Source: Massalongia carnosa
Lineage: Eukaryota
NCBI GenBank assembly: GCA_965645245.1
Contig: OZ287075.1
Span: 1,984,001-2,048,000, forward strand
Direction of reading: 5' to 3'
DNA: 64,000 nt
Shown here piece by piece: positions 23,857-35,888 of this stretch. The notes beneath the pieces are model-generated. The model was not told where the DNA came from. It was given only the letters and a program-made list of their open reading frames with translations, and ran no database searches. The translations under genes were made by a program, and so were the position numbers. Position 1 is the first letter of the stretch. Every line of letters begins with the position of its first letter.

Positions 23857-26800
23857 CTTATTCTCCTGTGACGTGAGGGATGACAGATGACGACGCTCTG
23901 GCACCTCTTGCGGACTTATTACAGTTGGGTAAATACAGTACGGTAAGTACAGTACGCGAATAATACAATACACGCTATAAAATATATCATACGTTTTAGT
24001 AAATTGATTTGGAGTTTTGCCTACTGAAATATCTAATTGCTCTCGCAGTAGATATTAATCAATATCACGTCTCAACCCTGTACCTCGGTGCCTAATCATC
24101 TCGACGAGGTCCTGGCTCGTTCTCAGTCTTGCGCTATACAGATACAATGTGAGCGCTTACAAACCAATCGATATCGCATTAACATAGCTTTCAAATATCT
24201 AGCGGTCTGAAAGATTGAAGATATCATAGGTGGATGGACAACAATGGCAAATAACTCAACAGGAATTAACGGTTCTCCCATCTTTAAGATCAAAAGGGAT
24301 GGAGCTAGGTTTCATGGAGAGTCATCGGTGGAACATATTCGCCGCAAAGGGGCATGAATTTCAAAGAGTCCTTTGTACAGAAGACACCGGGAGGTGCCCG
24401 TGTATCAATCCACAAAACTTATACTTCTGCTGAATACAATCTTTTCATCATATGTTTCGGGCAAGCTTTGCGAGCCCTGACTTTTGAGTGCTCTCGTAGC
24501 TGTTCAATTTAGCATTCTCATTAGATTTTCTTTTTACCTCAACAAAAGCCAGAAGGTCTACTTAGATCTCAGAAACCGTTGAAGGCGGCGATCTGCCCCA
24601 TCTCTATTTTGGCGTTCTCTGTTTTGCTACTCTCAATCTTTCTTTGGGCTTCTTTTGGTTTCACCCAAAAATTTCGATCTCAGCTAGGACAACCAAAATA
24701 TTAAACATTAACTGCAAGATAAGAAGAATATTTGAAATCCGATCAAGAATAAGCGCCCACGGAATCATGTCCCCAAAAGCCCTTTCTTGGCGTCAGAAGG
24801 ATAGCAAATACTACATTTAGTTTAGGAGCATCCAAGGAAGCTTCAAGAAGACGGAGTAACAGGGTAAAGTATGTCCATATCTACCAACTTTGCGGAGGCG
24901 AGACATGAAGATGTATTAAGTACATTTATTTTATCGGGAAACGCTAAAGCAAAGCTATTGATCCATCCTTTGTGGTGTGATTCTCGGCGAGAACATGGCG
25001 AGAAACGCAGTATCACATGGGCAACCTGGGCGTGCTTTTGCGGATTATCTCATGTTTGGAAAAACTTCACGAAAATGTTGGCTTCGTGTTAAAGAACTAA
25101 TACGAGTACAAATAGTCGCTACGTCCTCGACCAACTTCCAAAGACATTCCAGGTAAGTCATTTCTCATCCTCTCCTTCAGACTTTCCTCTCGCAAGACAT
25201 CACAGGTAAGTCACTTTGCTTTTCTTCTCTCGTCCATCCCTTATCCATTATCAGTTTCTCGCCCTTCTTCGCCTTTCCCCATTCCATCCTTTATACAGTC
25301 ACAAAATTCAATGCTGGCCTGGGTTGATGTTTGCCATGTAGTTGATTTCTGCATACCGTTCCTACCCAGTTCATCATTGGTGGCTATAGTCGGACTTGAT
25401 GACTGTAATGCGTTCAATTGTCCCCATATGTAGCAAAGAAATCTGTCGTGGTTAGCCCTCGACAGTCCCAACGGGAAGCTCTGTATGGCAACACGCTAAC
25501 GCGTGTCCTAAGATTGTTCACCCGGCTATCGTCATGACTTAAACTCAGAAGTTTGGGATTTTCCGTCATTGGTCAAACAGCAAGCACTGAGACACTTTGC
25601 CAACACTTGGCCGACTAGTACGAGAGAGTACGTAGATTTCTCTACGTACCGTTATGTTTGAGCCAGAGAGAATATCCCGCATTCCCTTCCATCCCAAGAG
25701 ATTTTACTGAGCTTCCTTCTAGGTTCGCCATTCCGAGGGTTCCTAAAGCAAGAATTCTTTCATCAGCAATGATGTTGCAAGCAACACCTACCATGATGAT
25801 GAGTGGACAAAGAAGCTCACACAACCTACCTGACTTGATCAGGTCTATGTAGGAACCTTGTTCCTTTGAGTGGTTGTGGGTGGAAGCATGCTCACGCCCC
25901 GAGGGCGACGAGGTCTAGCAGAGGGAATATCTTAGTCATTTCATAGGCACAAGGAACGCTGCACTCTTGCAAGCATCCATGAGCCTCGACTCAGGTGTCA
26001 TAGGACCATGGGCACGACCTATCTGGGTTTCTATGCTTATGTTAGTTCTCCTAAGGGTAGCGAGCGTAGGCCGCTAGCTGGCAACGAGTTACCTTGGTGG
26101 GAGCACGTATTGAGTGTGAACCTCGATGATGCTCTCCTTTAAAGAGGTAGCGAGGACAAAATGAGTTGCTGGGTGTATTTGCATATTGCATGCAAGCTCC
26201 GGGTGTGTCTGTCTTTGAAGAATGTGTAAGAAGGGATCAATACGCCCGGTTGAGAGGGATTGATGAAAGTTGTAAAGAATAAGACAAGATATTTATCCTA
26301 CATGAATGAAAGCTAACATTGACATCTCGAACAGGAAGGGGCTACGCCGCCTGTATTCTGCTGATAGAAGGTTTGTACTCCCTGGAAAAGAGCCATTCTG
26401 ACTGGGGAAACAGTAATGCCCTATATTATCCGAAGCAAGAACGGAGTCTCCAGTATCCATGGGAAGCAATATTCATTGATATTTCGAGTAGGAAGCCACT
26501 ATGCTGCTTTTGAATTGCCATATGGAAGGAGCGTCCCCTGTTCCTAAACCACGAAGTCTGGGGCTGATGATCCCCCTTGATCCCAGACAAATCACAAATC
26601 TACTCTACTGCCCCGTTGAACGGATGAAGTGAATCTTCATCATCAACTAGGAGGAGGGGGGGTTAAGGAGCCCCTGAACGTATGATTGAAGATCTGATTC
26701 TCGGCTTTTTTCATCTACGGCCCATCATGCTTTCGAAGTTACGGGGGAGAACTCGACAACGTTGAATTCAGCAGACCACATGTCAAGATAACGATCGCTA

Positions 26801-27962
26801 TCAAAACCGCCAAATACTCAATCGTCTCTCTCTGCCTTAAGCCAATCTCTTTCCGCCAACCCTATTTGCCCTCCCTTAACTCTCTTCCCCCCCCTCCTCC
26901 TTCCATCTTCTCGCTCAACCCGCCAAACAAAACGCCGCAACAAGAAACCCAAATCCTAGCCGTCACTTTCCCCAGAACCCCAAACCCATCGAAATTCCTC
27001 TACGAGATCTAATTTCTCCCTTCCTTTCTTCCTTTCTTTCCTTCATTCCATATTATCTCCCCATTTTTTTAGTGGTAGTTCGAGATATAGTATACCTTGA
27101 GAAAAGTGGTTTTTTTATTCTTTCCAGCGACAGGGAGAGGTCAAAAGTAAAAAGGGGGTTGTTGTATCATGATGCCTTGATAGCTTTTGTTCTCATTTAC
27201 AGCTCTTGTCATGGGACATATGTATTTATCTATACCCCGGCCGCTTTCGGTAGCAAAAAGCATCGCTGCTCTAGTCGTGACTTCTCGTCCCCAACCCCCA
27301 AACGGGAATCCCCCCTCCCTCCCTCCCTCCCTTCTAACCATCCCAAACGACCTACAAGTTCCCACTTATCCATCCATCCATCCATCCACCCAAAACCCCT
27401 TCCTCTCCTTCTTTCCCCTCCCCCTTCATTTTAATCCTATTCACACTTCGATATCCGCCCCCCCCCCACTTCCCCTTCCTCCCCCCTTCAATTCTCCGAA
27501 TACCTGCTTCCTCTTTACCAAAAAAAAAAAGAACTCAATCATCGAAGAAATGAATATAAAATAGAATATTAATACAATAGACTCAATACAGAAGCCTACC
27601 TACCCACCATTGGGGTTTCTCGTATCATTTCCTCCCCTCTCCTCCCTCGTTCATGATTTTTCTTTTCTTTCTCCCATCGATCTATCATCTCGTAGAGATC
27701 TTCTCGCACGGCTAAGTTTCTTTTTTGCAATTCCTTGGTAGTCGGGAGGGAGCGATTTTTTCGGTTTTGTTGTAGGATTGAGATTGAGATTGAGGGGTTA
27801 TATTGGGTAACGAGCGTTGTTGTATAGGTAGATAAACATCACTAACTAAGTAGGCATTTCTTCTCTCACGTTTAAATCCACTCGGCGCAATTTTTCAGCC
27901 TTGCCTTTCCCCTTAACCTTTAGACTAGAAAACGGAATTCTTCCGTATCACCAAAAAAAAAC

Positions 27963-29272
27963 CTACAACACCCTCCTCGGATCTAAACTCGTCACGTCCG
28001 CGCTCCGGGCCCTTCCATCAAACACAAATTCAGCCATCAACTTCCCCGTCGCCGGCCCGTTCTGAATTCCCCAGCACGTGTGTCCCGCCGCCATCAGCAA
28101 ACCCCGCACGCCTGTCTCACCTATCAGCGGGCCACCCATCGTGTCATCTACGCTGGGCAGGTAGCACGCCTGCCGCACCAGCACCTCGCCGTCACGCAGC
28201 TCGTCCGAGATTGAGGCGACGTAATCGATAATGTCCTGGCAGCGGGCCGGGTCGGTCTCAACGTCCGCTGTGGTTGCGGGCAGGGGAACGAGCGTATCAC
28301 CTTCGCCGCAGACGTAAGCTTCATTGTTAGGGCGGGCGTAGATTTCCGGCGTGACGGTTTTTGAGCGCGCGCGCTTCGATTTAAGGAAAGTGTTTGTGCG
28401 ACCGAAGTTGGAGGGAAGCGAGATTTCGGTGAAGATAGCATGGGCGGAGATGGGTTTCGAGGGGCGGATGGTGACGCTGTGGGCTCTAAGGCCAGAAATG
28501 GGGGCGGAGGGGTATAGGGATTTAGTCCAGGGACCGGCGGCGAGGATAACGTCTGTGGCGGCAATGATGTGAGTTTGAGAGGTGGTTTTATCTCTGTAGG
28601 TGACTGATTTAATGACGTTGTCGGCGTTTTCGATACTAGTCACTAATCCGAGGATTTTTTTGACGCCTTTCTCTTCGGCTAGTTTCGCCATCGAGGTGGT
28701 AAATTGATATGGATGAACTTGGGCGGTGGTGGTTGGGTCTCCCATCTCGGAGTAGCTATGCACACTGCCAGCCGCAAACCAACCTAGCTCTTTCGGCATG
28801 CCCGCTGCTATCATCTTGCCTAGAGCTTCTTTGTCTCGTTTCTGCAAGGAAACCAAGTCGCCATCCATGGACTTGTCATCTGAGCCTGCGGGTTGGCTTA
28901 ATGTTCGCCCCTTCGCACTCAGCTGCCCACAGTGAATCCGACGATATCCCCAGTTGTTAGCCCCATCGTGCAATTGCGCAAGCTCAGCATGGAGCTTGTA
29001 GCTTAGAGGTACGATGTTGCTGGGGTATGCCCATAGCGCAAGAAGGCCCCCGGCCTTTCCTGAAGCACCACCGGCGATCTTCGAGGCCTCCAGAAGAGTA
29101 ATGGTGTGATTAAGTGGATTGTAGGATGGATGTCGGGTTAGAAAATAGGCTGTGGTGCAGCCGATTATCCCACCGCCTGGTTTTGCTGCACATCAGCCGA
29201 GCTCACTGAAGGTCATGATGCAGGTGGCGGACCAACAATGACGATTTCGCGCTTTCCAGGCTTGTTGGACAT
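27963..29272 (-). CDS. TDA3: FAD-dependent oxidoreductase, DAO/Tda3 (Btn3) family
   Basis: MSNKPGKREIVIVG, intron 29232-29177, then GGIIGCTTAYFL..IAGGASGKAGGLLALWAYP. C-terminal QACYLP and AAGHTCWGIQNGPATG. Confidence 0.9.
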
Positions 29273-29959
29273 TGCGCAATGAGATTTGAAGCCTCTGGCA
29301 AAAATGGGCCTTAAAGATGCCAGATGGAGGATGGTTTATTTTTGTTCAATTATCGGTCGACCTGTGACTTAGACATGGTTCTCCATGTATTGTAACAAAA
29401 TCCATAGTGACAACGTAACAAAACAGATAAACTAACAGCATGACCTCAACAGCACTGATGGAAGTAGAAGTTCGCTGTTCCACTTCACTTGCATTAAAGA
29501 CAATTGGGGTTTTACTCCAAGATTCTTCATGTTTCATCATTGCACATCTTTTGCCAAGGAAACAAGACATTCAGATATTATTGATGAAATATCGGCTTAT
29601 CTTTCTTATTTTTTCTTATATATATTTTTCTTTTCATTCTTCCACACGTATTCCAGTCATATTGTAACTAACTCCCTTGCATTGCCCTAGGAAGTGGGAG
29701 CCAAGCCTAAAATACAATCGTATACAAATTGGGGGAAACGCTACTCATTCAGCTTGGACAGGCTTTGCGAACAACATCTTAGCAACTCCTGGAGAGATTG
29801 GCCCCACAAGCTCTAGTTCCCTGACCGAAGTAGAGAGAATATCTATGAGGGACATCAATTCATGCCTTTCGTGGGATGGCGTCAGAAACAGACGTACGTC
29901 AATGCAGATATACTCTAGAACTTCGAATGAGAGTTAAATGTATTTGACTAGACTGGCGT

Positions 29960-30501
29960 TAAGAGAAATGTGACGAACTTGATTTTTTCCATGTTCGGAA
30001 GAAGAGGCAGCAGCAAAGCCATCGCTATTCCGATATTGCCTATCATGACCATCTCGTACTATTCGCCAGCCTTGTAATTTTCAGGTAAGGACAACTGCGA
30101 ACCACGGAGAAGATCTCGTCATGGTATTGCGCTAGAACTCCACGAATATTCTCCTTGAGATCGAAATTTCCTTTTGAAGTTGTCTTGCGTGACATTGTGG
30201 TTGCCACAATCGAAACGAACCACCTCAGTGAGATAGAACGTGATACAATGCTTTCCTAGGATGTGTCCCAGTAGCAAGAGTGGTTATTCACTCCCCTCTC
30301 TCCTCTTCATACGAAGCCGATAGACTGAATACCACTCTCGCGTGCTTTTTCCTGTTCACTTTGTGTTCGCTCAAAATATTTTATTACAAGTGATTTGAAT
30401 GGAATTTTGCAACTATGCGCAAAGCTCTCGATGTCGTCGGGGAGTATTCCCTCAGCGATCTCCAGGAGCAGCTCAGCAGCAAGAGTCAGGAATCTTGCCA
30501 T
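29960..30501 (-). pseudogene. Decayed F-box protein gene
   Basis: Starts with an F-box-like motif MARFLTLAAELLLEIAEGILPDDIESFAHSCK. Downstream fragments in other frames (DEIFSVVRSCPYL; MIGNIGIAMALLLPLLPNMEKIKF) resemble fungal F-box proteins and are interrupted by stops and shifts. Confidence 0.6.
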
Positions 30502-31287
30502 CTTGGGGATAGAGAGCGAGGTGGCAGAGTTCTGAGAACCGCGACTCTTTCAGGAATCCAGTGTAGTTGTTCTTTGATTGGTCTTTCGTCCCTACTCAAG
30601 CGCCCAAGATGTGCGTTTTGTTCAGGCTTGATGTACCACCGGGATCTTTGATCGATATTCTGTAAGATCTCTCAAATCTCAACTGACTGCGAGCTGATTT
30701 TCCGGTGAGCTTTTTGGAGTTGATTGCTTAGGATCCAGTATAACCTGTTTCCCTTCCTTTCATTCCCTTTCTTCGGCCCCTAGGCTCTAAATACCCTTCT
30801 TTTGGTTTTTCCACAGGCTGTAGGCGCGATGGGGCCTTATGAGTCTGTTCTGGAGGTTTCCATCATGACTAACTTTGTCACTTCTCTCCCCTTCCCCTCC
30901 CCCCCTTCTCCTAGAGGGTAGTAGAAAAACGGGGAAAGGCAGGCTGGATTGAAGATTAATAATTGAAGTATTGAAGGGGAAGAGTGGGAGGGTTGGAGAT
31001 CTAGCATTGGATTGAATTGTACATGTACAAAGTTATCTTCATGAACGCTGAACATAACCGAGAATGTGAAAGAAACATAGAGATACATTGACATTGGCAT
31101 TCAACCAGGGAAACCATAGAGTTTATGGGCGTTCTTCGCTTGGGGTATGAAGCGAGAGTCTCATCGTTGGGGCAATATAACAAAGCTCTTTAAATCCATC
31201 GGGACCAAAAACTAGCAAAAACGACCGTCAATACGCATCTGATCAATGTTAATCAAGAATCTGCCCCCTCTGGCCCCCTAAATATAA

Positions 31288-32882
31288 TCATGGGCTCGAG
31301 CAGAATTGAATTTTCTTTTTGCACTCGGCATTCGCAGCCGCCGCGGCCGCATGATCGCACCCCAACGGCGGTTCATCAAACAAGCAAGAATGCGACGTTT
31401 GCGGGACGAGATTGATGATGTCACAGCCTGGCGGACAGCCCGCTTTCGGCGGCGGCGGCGGTCCCGGAGGGATGGGAAGGTTCAAGTCACACGTCCAGCC
31501 TCGGCCATCCAGGGATGCCCACGCGGATTTCGCAGCGTTGCATTCTTTCACAGTGGCGTCCTTCTCTTTGTCGCAGGGAATTCTCGGACCGGTGGGGCCG
31601 GGCTCGTCGGATTTGGGATTCGTGGGAGGCATCGCTTCGCGGCGAGCGTGGCATTGGGCAGCGCGGGGGTTGCAGTTAGATTGGGCACGGAACGATATCT
31701 CGGCGTTGGTGAAGGTGCGGAAGCAAGGCCCGTCCTGGATTTGCAACATGCCGAGTTGGAATGGGAGTTCCCGGACAGTAGGGGATACGGTGGTGAAGGT
31801 CTGCGCGATGGGGTTGCCAAGAGCGGGTCCCAGATTGTGGGTGCGCCAGACTTGAAAGAACTCATTGCCATGTGGATTGCGGTAGTCAAAAAGGAGAAGT
31901 TGGTTCACTTTGTTCTGCGTGGCGTAGGCGTCGACCTCGAGTGTGATTTTTGAGTAGCCACCGTTGCTGCACCATTGAAAGAGGTATTCGTACCCGAACG
32001 AGGTGAGGTCATAGCCTTTCCGACGATACTGATCGACGTGGGTAAACTCATGGATGAGGGTTTGCACAAGGTATTCAAAGTCTAGATAGTTGGATTCGGA
32101 GAAGGACTGGACTGGAGAAAGGCGGGTGAAGACATTTCGGTTGAAGGTGGTTCCGGACGTGCCTTTGAAGAACGGAGCTCGTGTGGCTTGGTAGTAGATC
32201 TTGACCGGGCCATCGTGAGCGAGATTTCCCCACACTGGGTAGAGGAAAAAGTCCTGCTCAGGAGAAGTTGAAGAGGCTGCTAATGTTAGCATGGACGATC
32301 AGCTGAGAATCGGGAACCTCTTTCCAAGGAGAATCTGAAGCTCCACCTGGAAGTGATATTACCATCCGTGTTTTCAACAGTAAAGTCCGCCGCCGCCAAA
32401 AGAAACAGCGGCAGGCCACCTGCGGCTACGAGGGCACAGCCAGCGTCCTTGGCCCAGCCGAAAATTGAGCCGAGGATATCCCTGGTTTGAAGTCCATTCT
32501 TTGCAGACTGATCATCACTCAGAAGTTCTTGGATACCATTGATGAACAGCGGAATGCCTTCGCTCACCCTACCCTGGATTTGGTCGGGCGGCACGCCGAA
32601 TTGCTGCAGTGCTGAAGGCAAAGATTGCTCCAAAACCTTACGGCTTCGAGACTCGAAGCTTTCCGTCAGAGTGAATAGCTCTCGAGGGATGCGAATGGTC
32701 AAGGGAATCCCTTTGGTCAAGATAGAATCAGTGATTTTGAACTGATCCTCTAGGGGGATGATATTGTCGAGCAGATGGGGAGTGATTGGGAAAGGGTTCA
32801 GCTGGGTGATGCTGGGAAGTGAAAGAACTTGAGTGGAAAAGGAAAGGATCGTAAGAAACGCGATGCCAAATTGTCGAGCCAT
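31288..32882 (-). CDS. Secreted HExxH metallopeptidase-like protein (DUF4157/eCIS-core-like) with LGFP-like segment and Cys-rich tail, 502 aa
   Basis: Signal peptide MARQFGIAFLTILSFSTQVLS. Exons 32882-32363 and 32276-31288 splice in frame (GTAATA..CTAAC..CAG). Core motif GTTFNRNVF..TLIHEFTHVDQYRRKG..F..EY..GYSKITLEVDAY. Confidence 0.8.
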
Positions 32883-33590
32883 TGTGGGAGAGCCAGGTCT
32901 TACCCGAGCGATGAAGAGAGAACAGGTAGAGATAACTGGTAGAGACCATAAAAAGGAATGAAGGGGGGTTTGCAATGGTTTTATATCGGCTTAGACCCCA
33001 CCACGACGATCATCCAGTTGCCCACAAGTGGCCTCCATTGTTGACCTCCACATCTTGGCATCTTGAAGTGTCCCATCGACGAAGTGGTCACGTGGTGCAT
33101 GGTGGTGCCATGTCCAGGCACGAGTGGTGTAACGTAACACGCCACCACATCGTGATAGCAAGGCTGACTCGGCCTTGTTGAATCCCCCCAATCTCTTTGT
33201 AACTAAATTACAGTACCCGATACCTAATCGAGGGCGGAGTTTTGGTGCAAAATGAAGCTATTCAAGCGTAACTTGCCGTTGAATAGGTAATAAGACTTTG
33301 CTTATACCTTGTACAGTACCTTGTACAAGGTCCTCTCCGCATTAATTTATGATCCTTGATTTCCATCGCTTAGCCCGAAGCATCCAAACTAACTCGGTTG
33401 GATCCATTTAGACTGATTTGCCCTCAGTCGATAAGATAAGATCTCATGGTGATTGGACGCACTGAGCCCATTGACTGAATCTATGTATAGCTACAAGTGC
33501 AATCTTCTCATCAACCTAACGTCTCATACTACTTAGACGAGTGAACGACACTCTCCAGCCTTTTTTTCCTTCCAATACCCATCATCCATC

Positions 33591-35888
33591 ATGTCTCGAT
33601 CTGATCGAGGTTTTACACAATTGGGCATCCTGCCATGCTCCCACCAGCCTCCTGCCGACAGGGTAAATCACATATACATCTTTATATTTTGCGCTGCTTT
33701 CAAGCGCTGTACCTTGGAAACTGCTAACCTAGACTTAGTTTCCTCCGTACGTTCAATGCCTAACACTCACGATGTCTCACTCGTCTATGTCCTAGCTTAC
33801 CGTTTCGTCACAGAAAATGTGACGTGAAAGCTCCATACGTATTGTCGTACCGTAACAACTTGGTTGGTCTTCGTCGTGTGGGACGGTTCAGGCATACTCA
33901 CGGTGAAACACTAGACAGCACTGTCTCAATGTCGAAACCTTCTTTTCATGGCATATGTTGATAAACTTCATGTCTACAAACCTCTATTCCCATCGCAACG
34001 CATATTGAGCAAGCCGGAACTGATCCTTGACCTCCCAAAGACAGGAGCCGGCCGGAGCGGTTGCATAGATCCACATCATCCACATGCTGTCAACCATCTT
34101 GTTGTTGGTGACCTAGGACATGAGGAGATAGTTGCAGTCGCGTGCGATGATGGTGATGTGGTGGCATTGACTACTCGGTCGATACAGAACGCTATTGAGC
34201 ACCAAAGGCGGGGACAAGAGAGCGACGTGCAGCTTTCTACCGATATCAGAACAGTCCTACTCAGAAATGTTGGGAAGTCCGCATGGGGACTCGCGATCCA
34301 TAAAGTGGCTCGGTTGATAGCTGTTAGCTCCAATACCCATAATATTTCTGTCTTTGCATTTGCTCTATGCCGAGAACCATCGCCTGAGAGCTCTCGCGAA
34401 CTTGGCGATGGGAAGCTCCTTCCATTTGCAAATCTTGGTCCTGGATTGGAAGAATGGATGCAGTCGTCAACATTCACCCACACGTCTACTAGCCGGTCTA
34501 CCCGTAATCTTGAGATTATCCTGAAGGGCCACACATCCAATATTCCCAGCATCTCGTTTTGTAACACTGACGCTGACCCAGATGGGCGCTATCTTGTGAG
34601 CACCGAAATTGGTGGGTCAACCTTGGTGTGGAATATTTGGCAAAAAAAGGTTCTAGCACACATGAGGTCTTGTCAGAGGCCGTCCGCCAGCCGTAAGTTG
34701 ATACGAAGTTGTTGTTCAGGTTGCTTGCTCACGATTCTAGAGTTCAATTGGAGCGTAACCTGTCTAGATCCTTACTCTTGTCGTCTGAGTGGCTCGATCT
34801 CAGAGACATTTGGCTGTCCGGATGTTTCTGGTTGCTCTGCACCCGATTACTTCATGGGTACCCCTAGCCTTATATTTGATAACTCCCCGAGTGCTAAGTT
34901 GGTGCCCGATTCCTCTCTACGGCATCCTTCTTTTATGAGGCAGTCAGTTAGCCCAGTATCGCAGCCCGTAGTAAGCGCGGAGCTTATAGCTGTTATGTTA
35001 GAAGAGGAGGGAGACTACACGGATTCGGACGATGAAGAAGAGCATGATGATAGTAATTCATCAAGCTTGGTTGGATGTATGATTGTTGTATTCCCTCCAT
35101 GTAGCATCTCTGACCAGAATTTGCAGCTGCCGGTAGTGAAGCCTCTTTGTTAGCGCCTCAGGGACCCGATGGTGGGCCCGATTTGCTGTTCGAGGGGTAA
35201 ACATTTCCACTGATGAACCGTAACAGTAGCCATGGCCAATACGTCCATCACCCAAGTCAACTCTATGGAGGTGGATGCGCGCATTGGGACTTCGAACTTT
35301 CCACCCTCCAACGGTACCAATGATCTTAAAGCCCCATCTTTGCCGTTTAACATCTTGCAGACCTCGACCCTCGATATTCGCCTGATCTCTAATGCCCCGA
35401 CATACGCCACATACAGCAAGATCGTTACGTGCGAACGAGCTCTGCACCAAAAACTGCCGCCCGCTCTGGTTGGTCTTTTTCACCTCGAACGCCTGAACAT
35501 GGTACTTCAGGTCCCAGAACTCGGCGTCGTGGCAATTGCGAGTCAAGCCGGCCGTGTTGCCCTTTTGACCATGACGAAATCAACCCGAGGTAGCGAACAG
35601 TACGGTTTTCGAATCGAGTGGCTTCTTCCTCTCCGCAGCGAGGAAGAGAAATTGCTCAGACCCAACACAGCGCTGATGGGCATGGCGCTTGGGCCCGTGC
35701 AAGGGCGCGGCATGACGGCCGCGTCGGCGGTTTCTGGGGATGCGCAGGATCAGGCGATGGTGGCTGATGGGTCCAGGAGGTTCCGCTTGATGCTTACGTA
35801 TTACGATCACACCATTTTGAGTTATGAGATATGGCGCTCGCTTTCCGATGCGGGGTCTGGAATCCAATGTCGAGAGCTGGTGCTTTGA
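33591..35888 (+). CDS. CRT10: CRT10-family WD40-like protein
   Basis: Exons 33591-33662, 33739-33746 (8 nt), 33814-33862 and 33915 onward give ..DRFPPKCDVKAPYVLSYRNNLTALSQCRNL. Family motifs PHAVNHLVVGDLGHEEIVAVACDDGDV, NVGKSAWGLAIH, ERLNMVLQVPELGVVAIASQAGRV, RRFRLMLTYYDHTILSYEI. Confidence 0.88.

Noticed and set aside
33306..33331. Tandem taccttgtaca plus palindrome accttgtacaaggt
   Set aside because: Short local duplication with no TSD or second copy; cannot assign a function.
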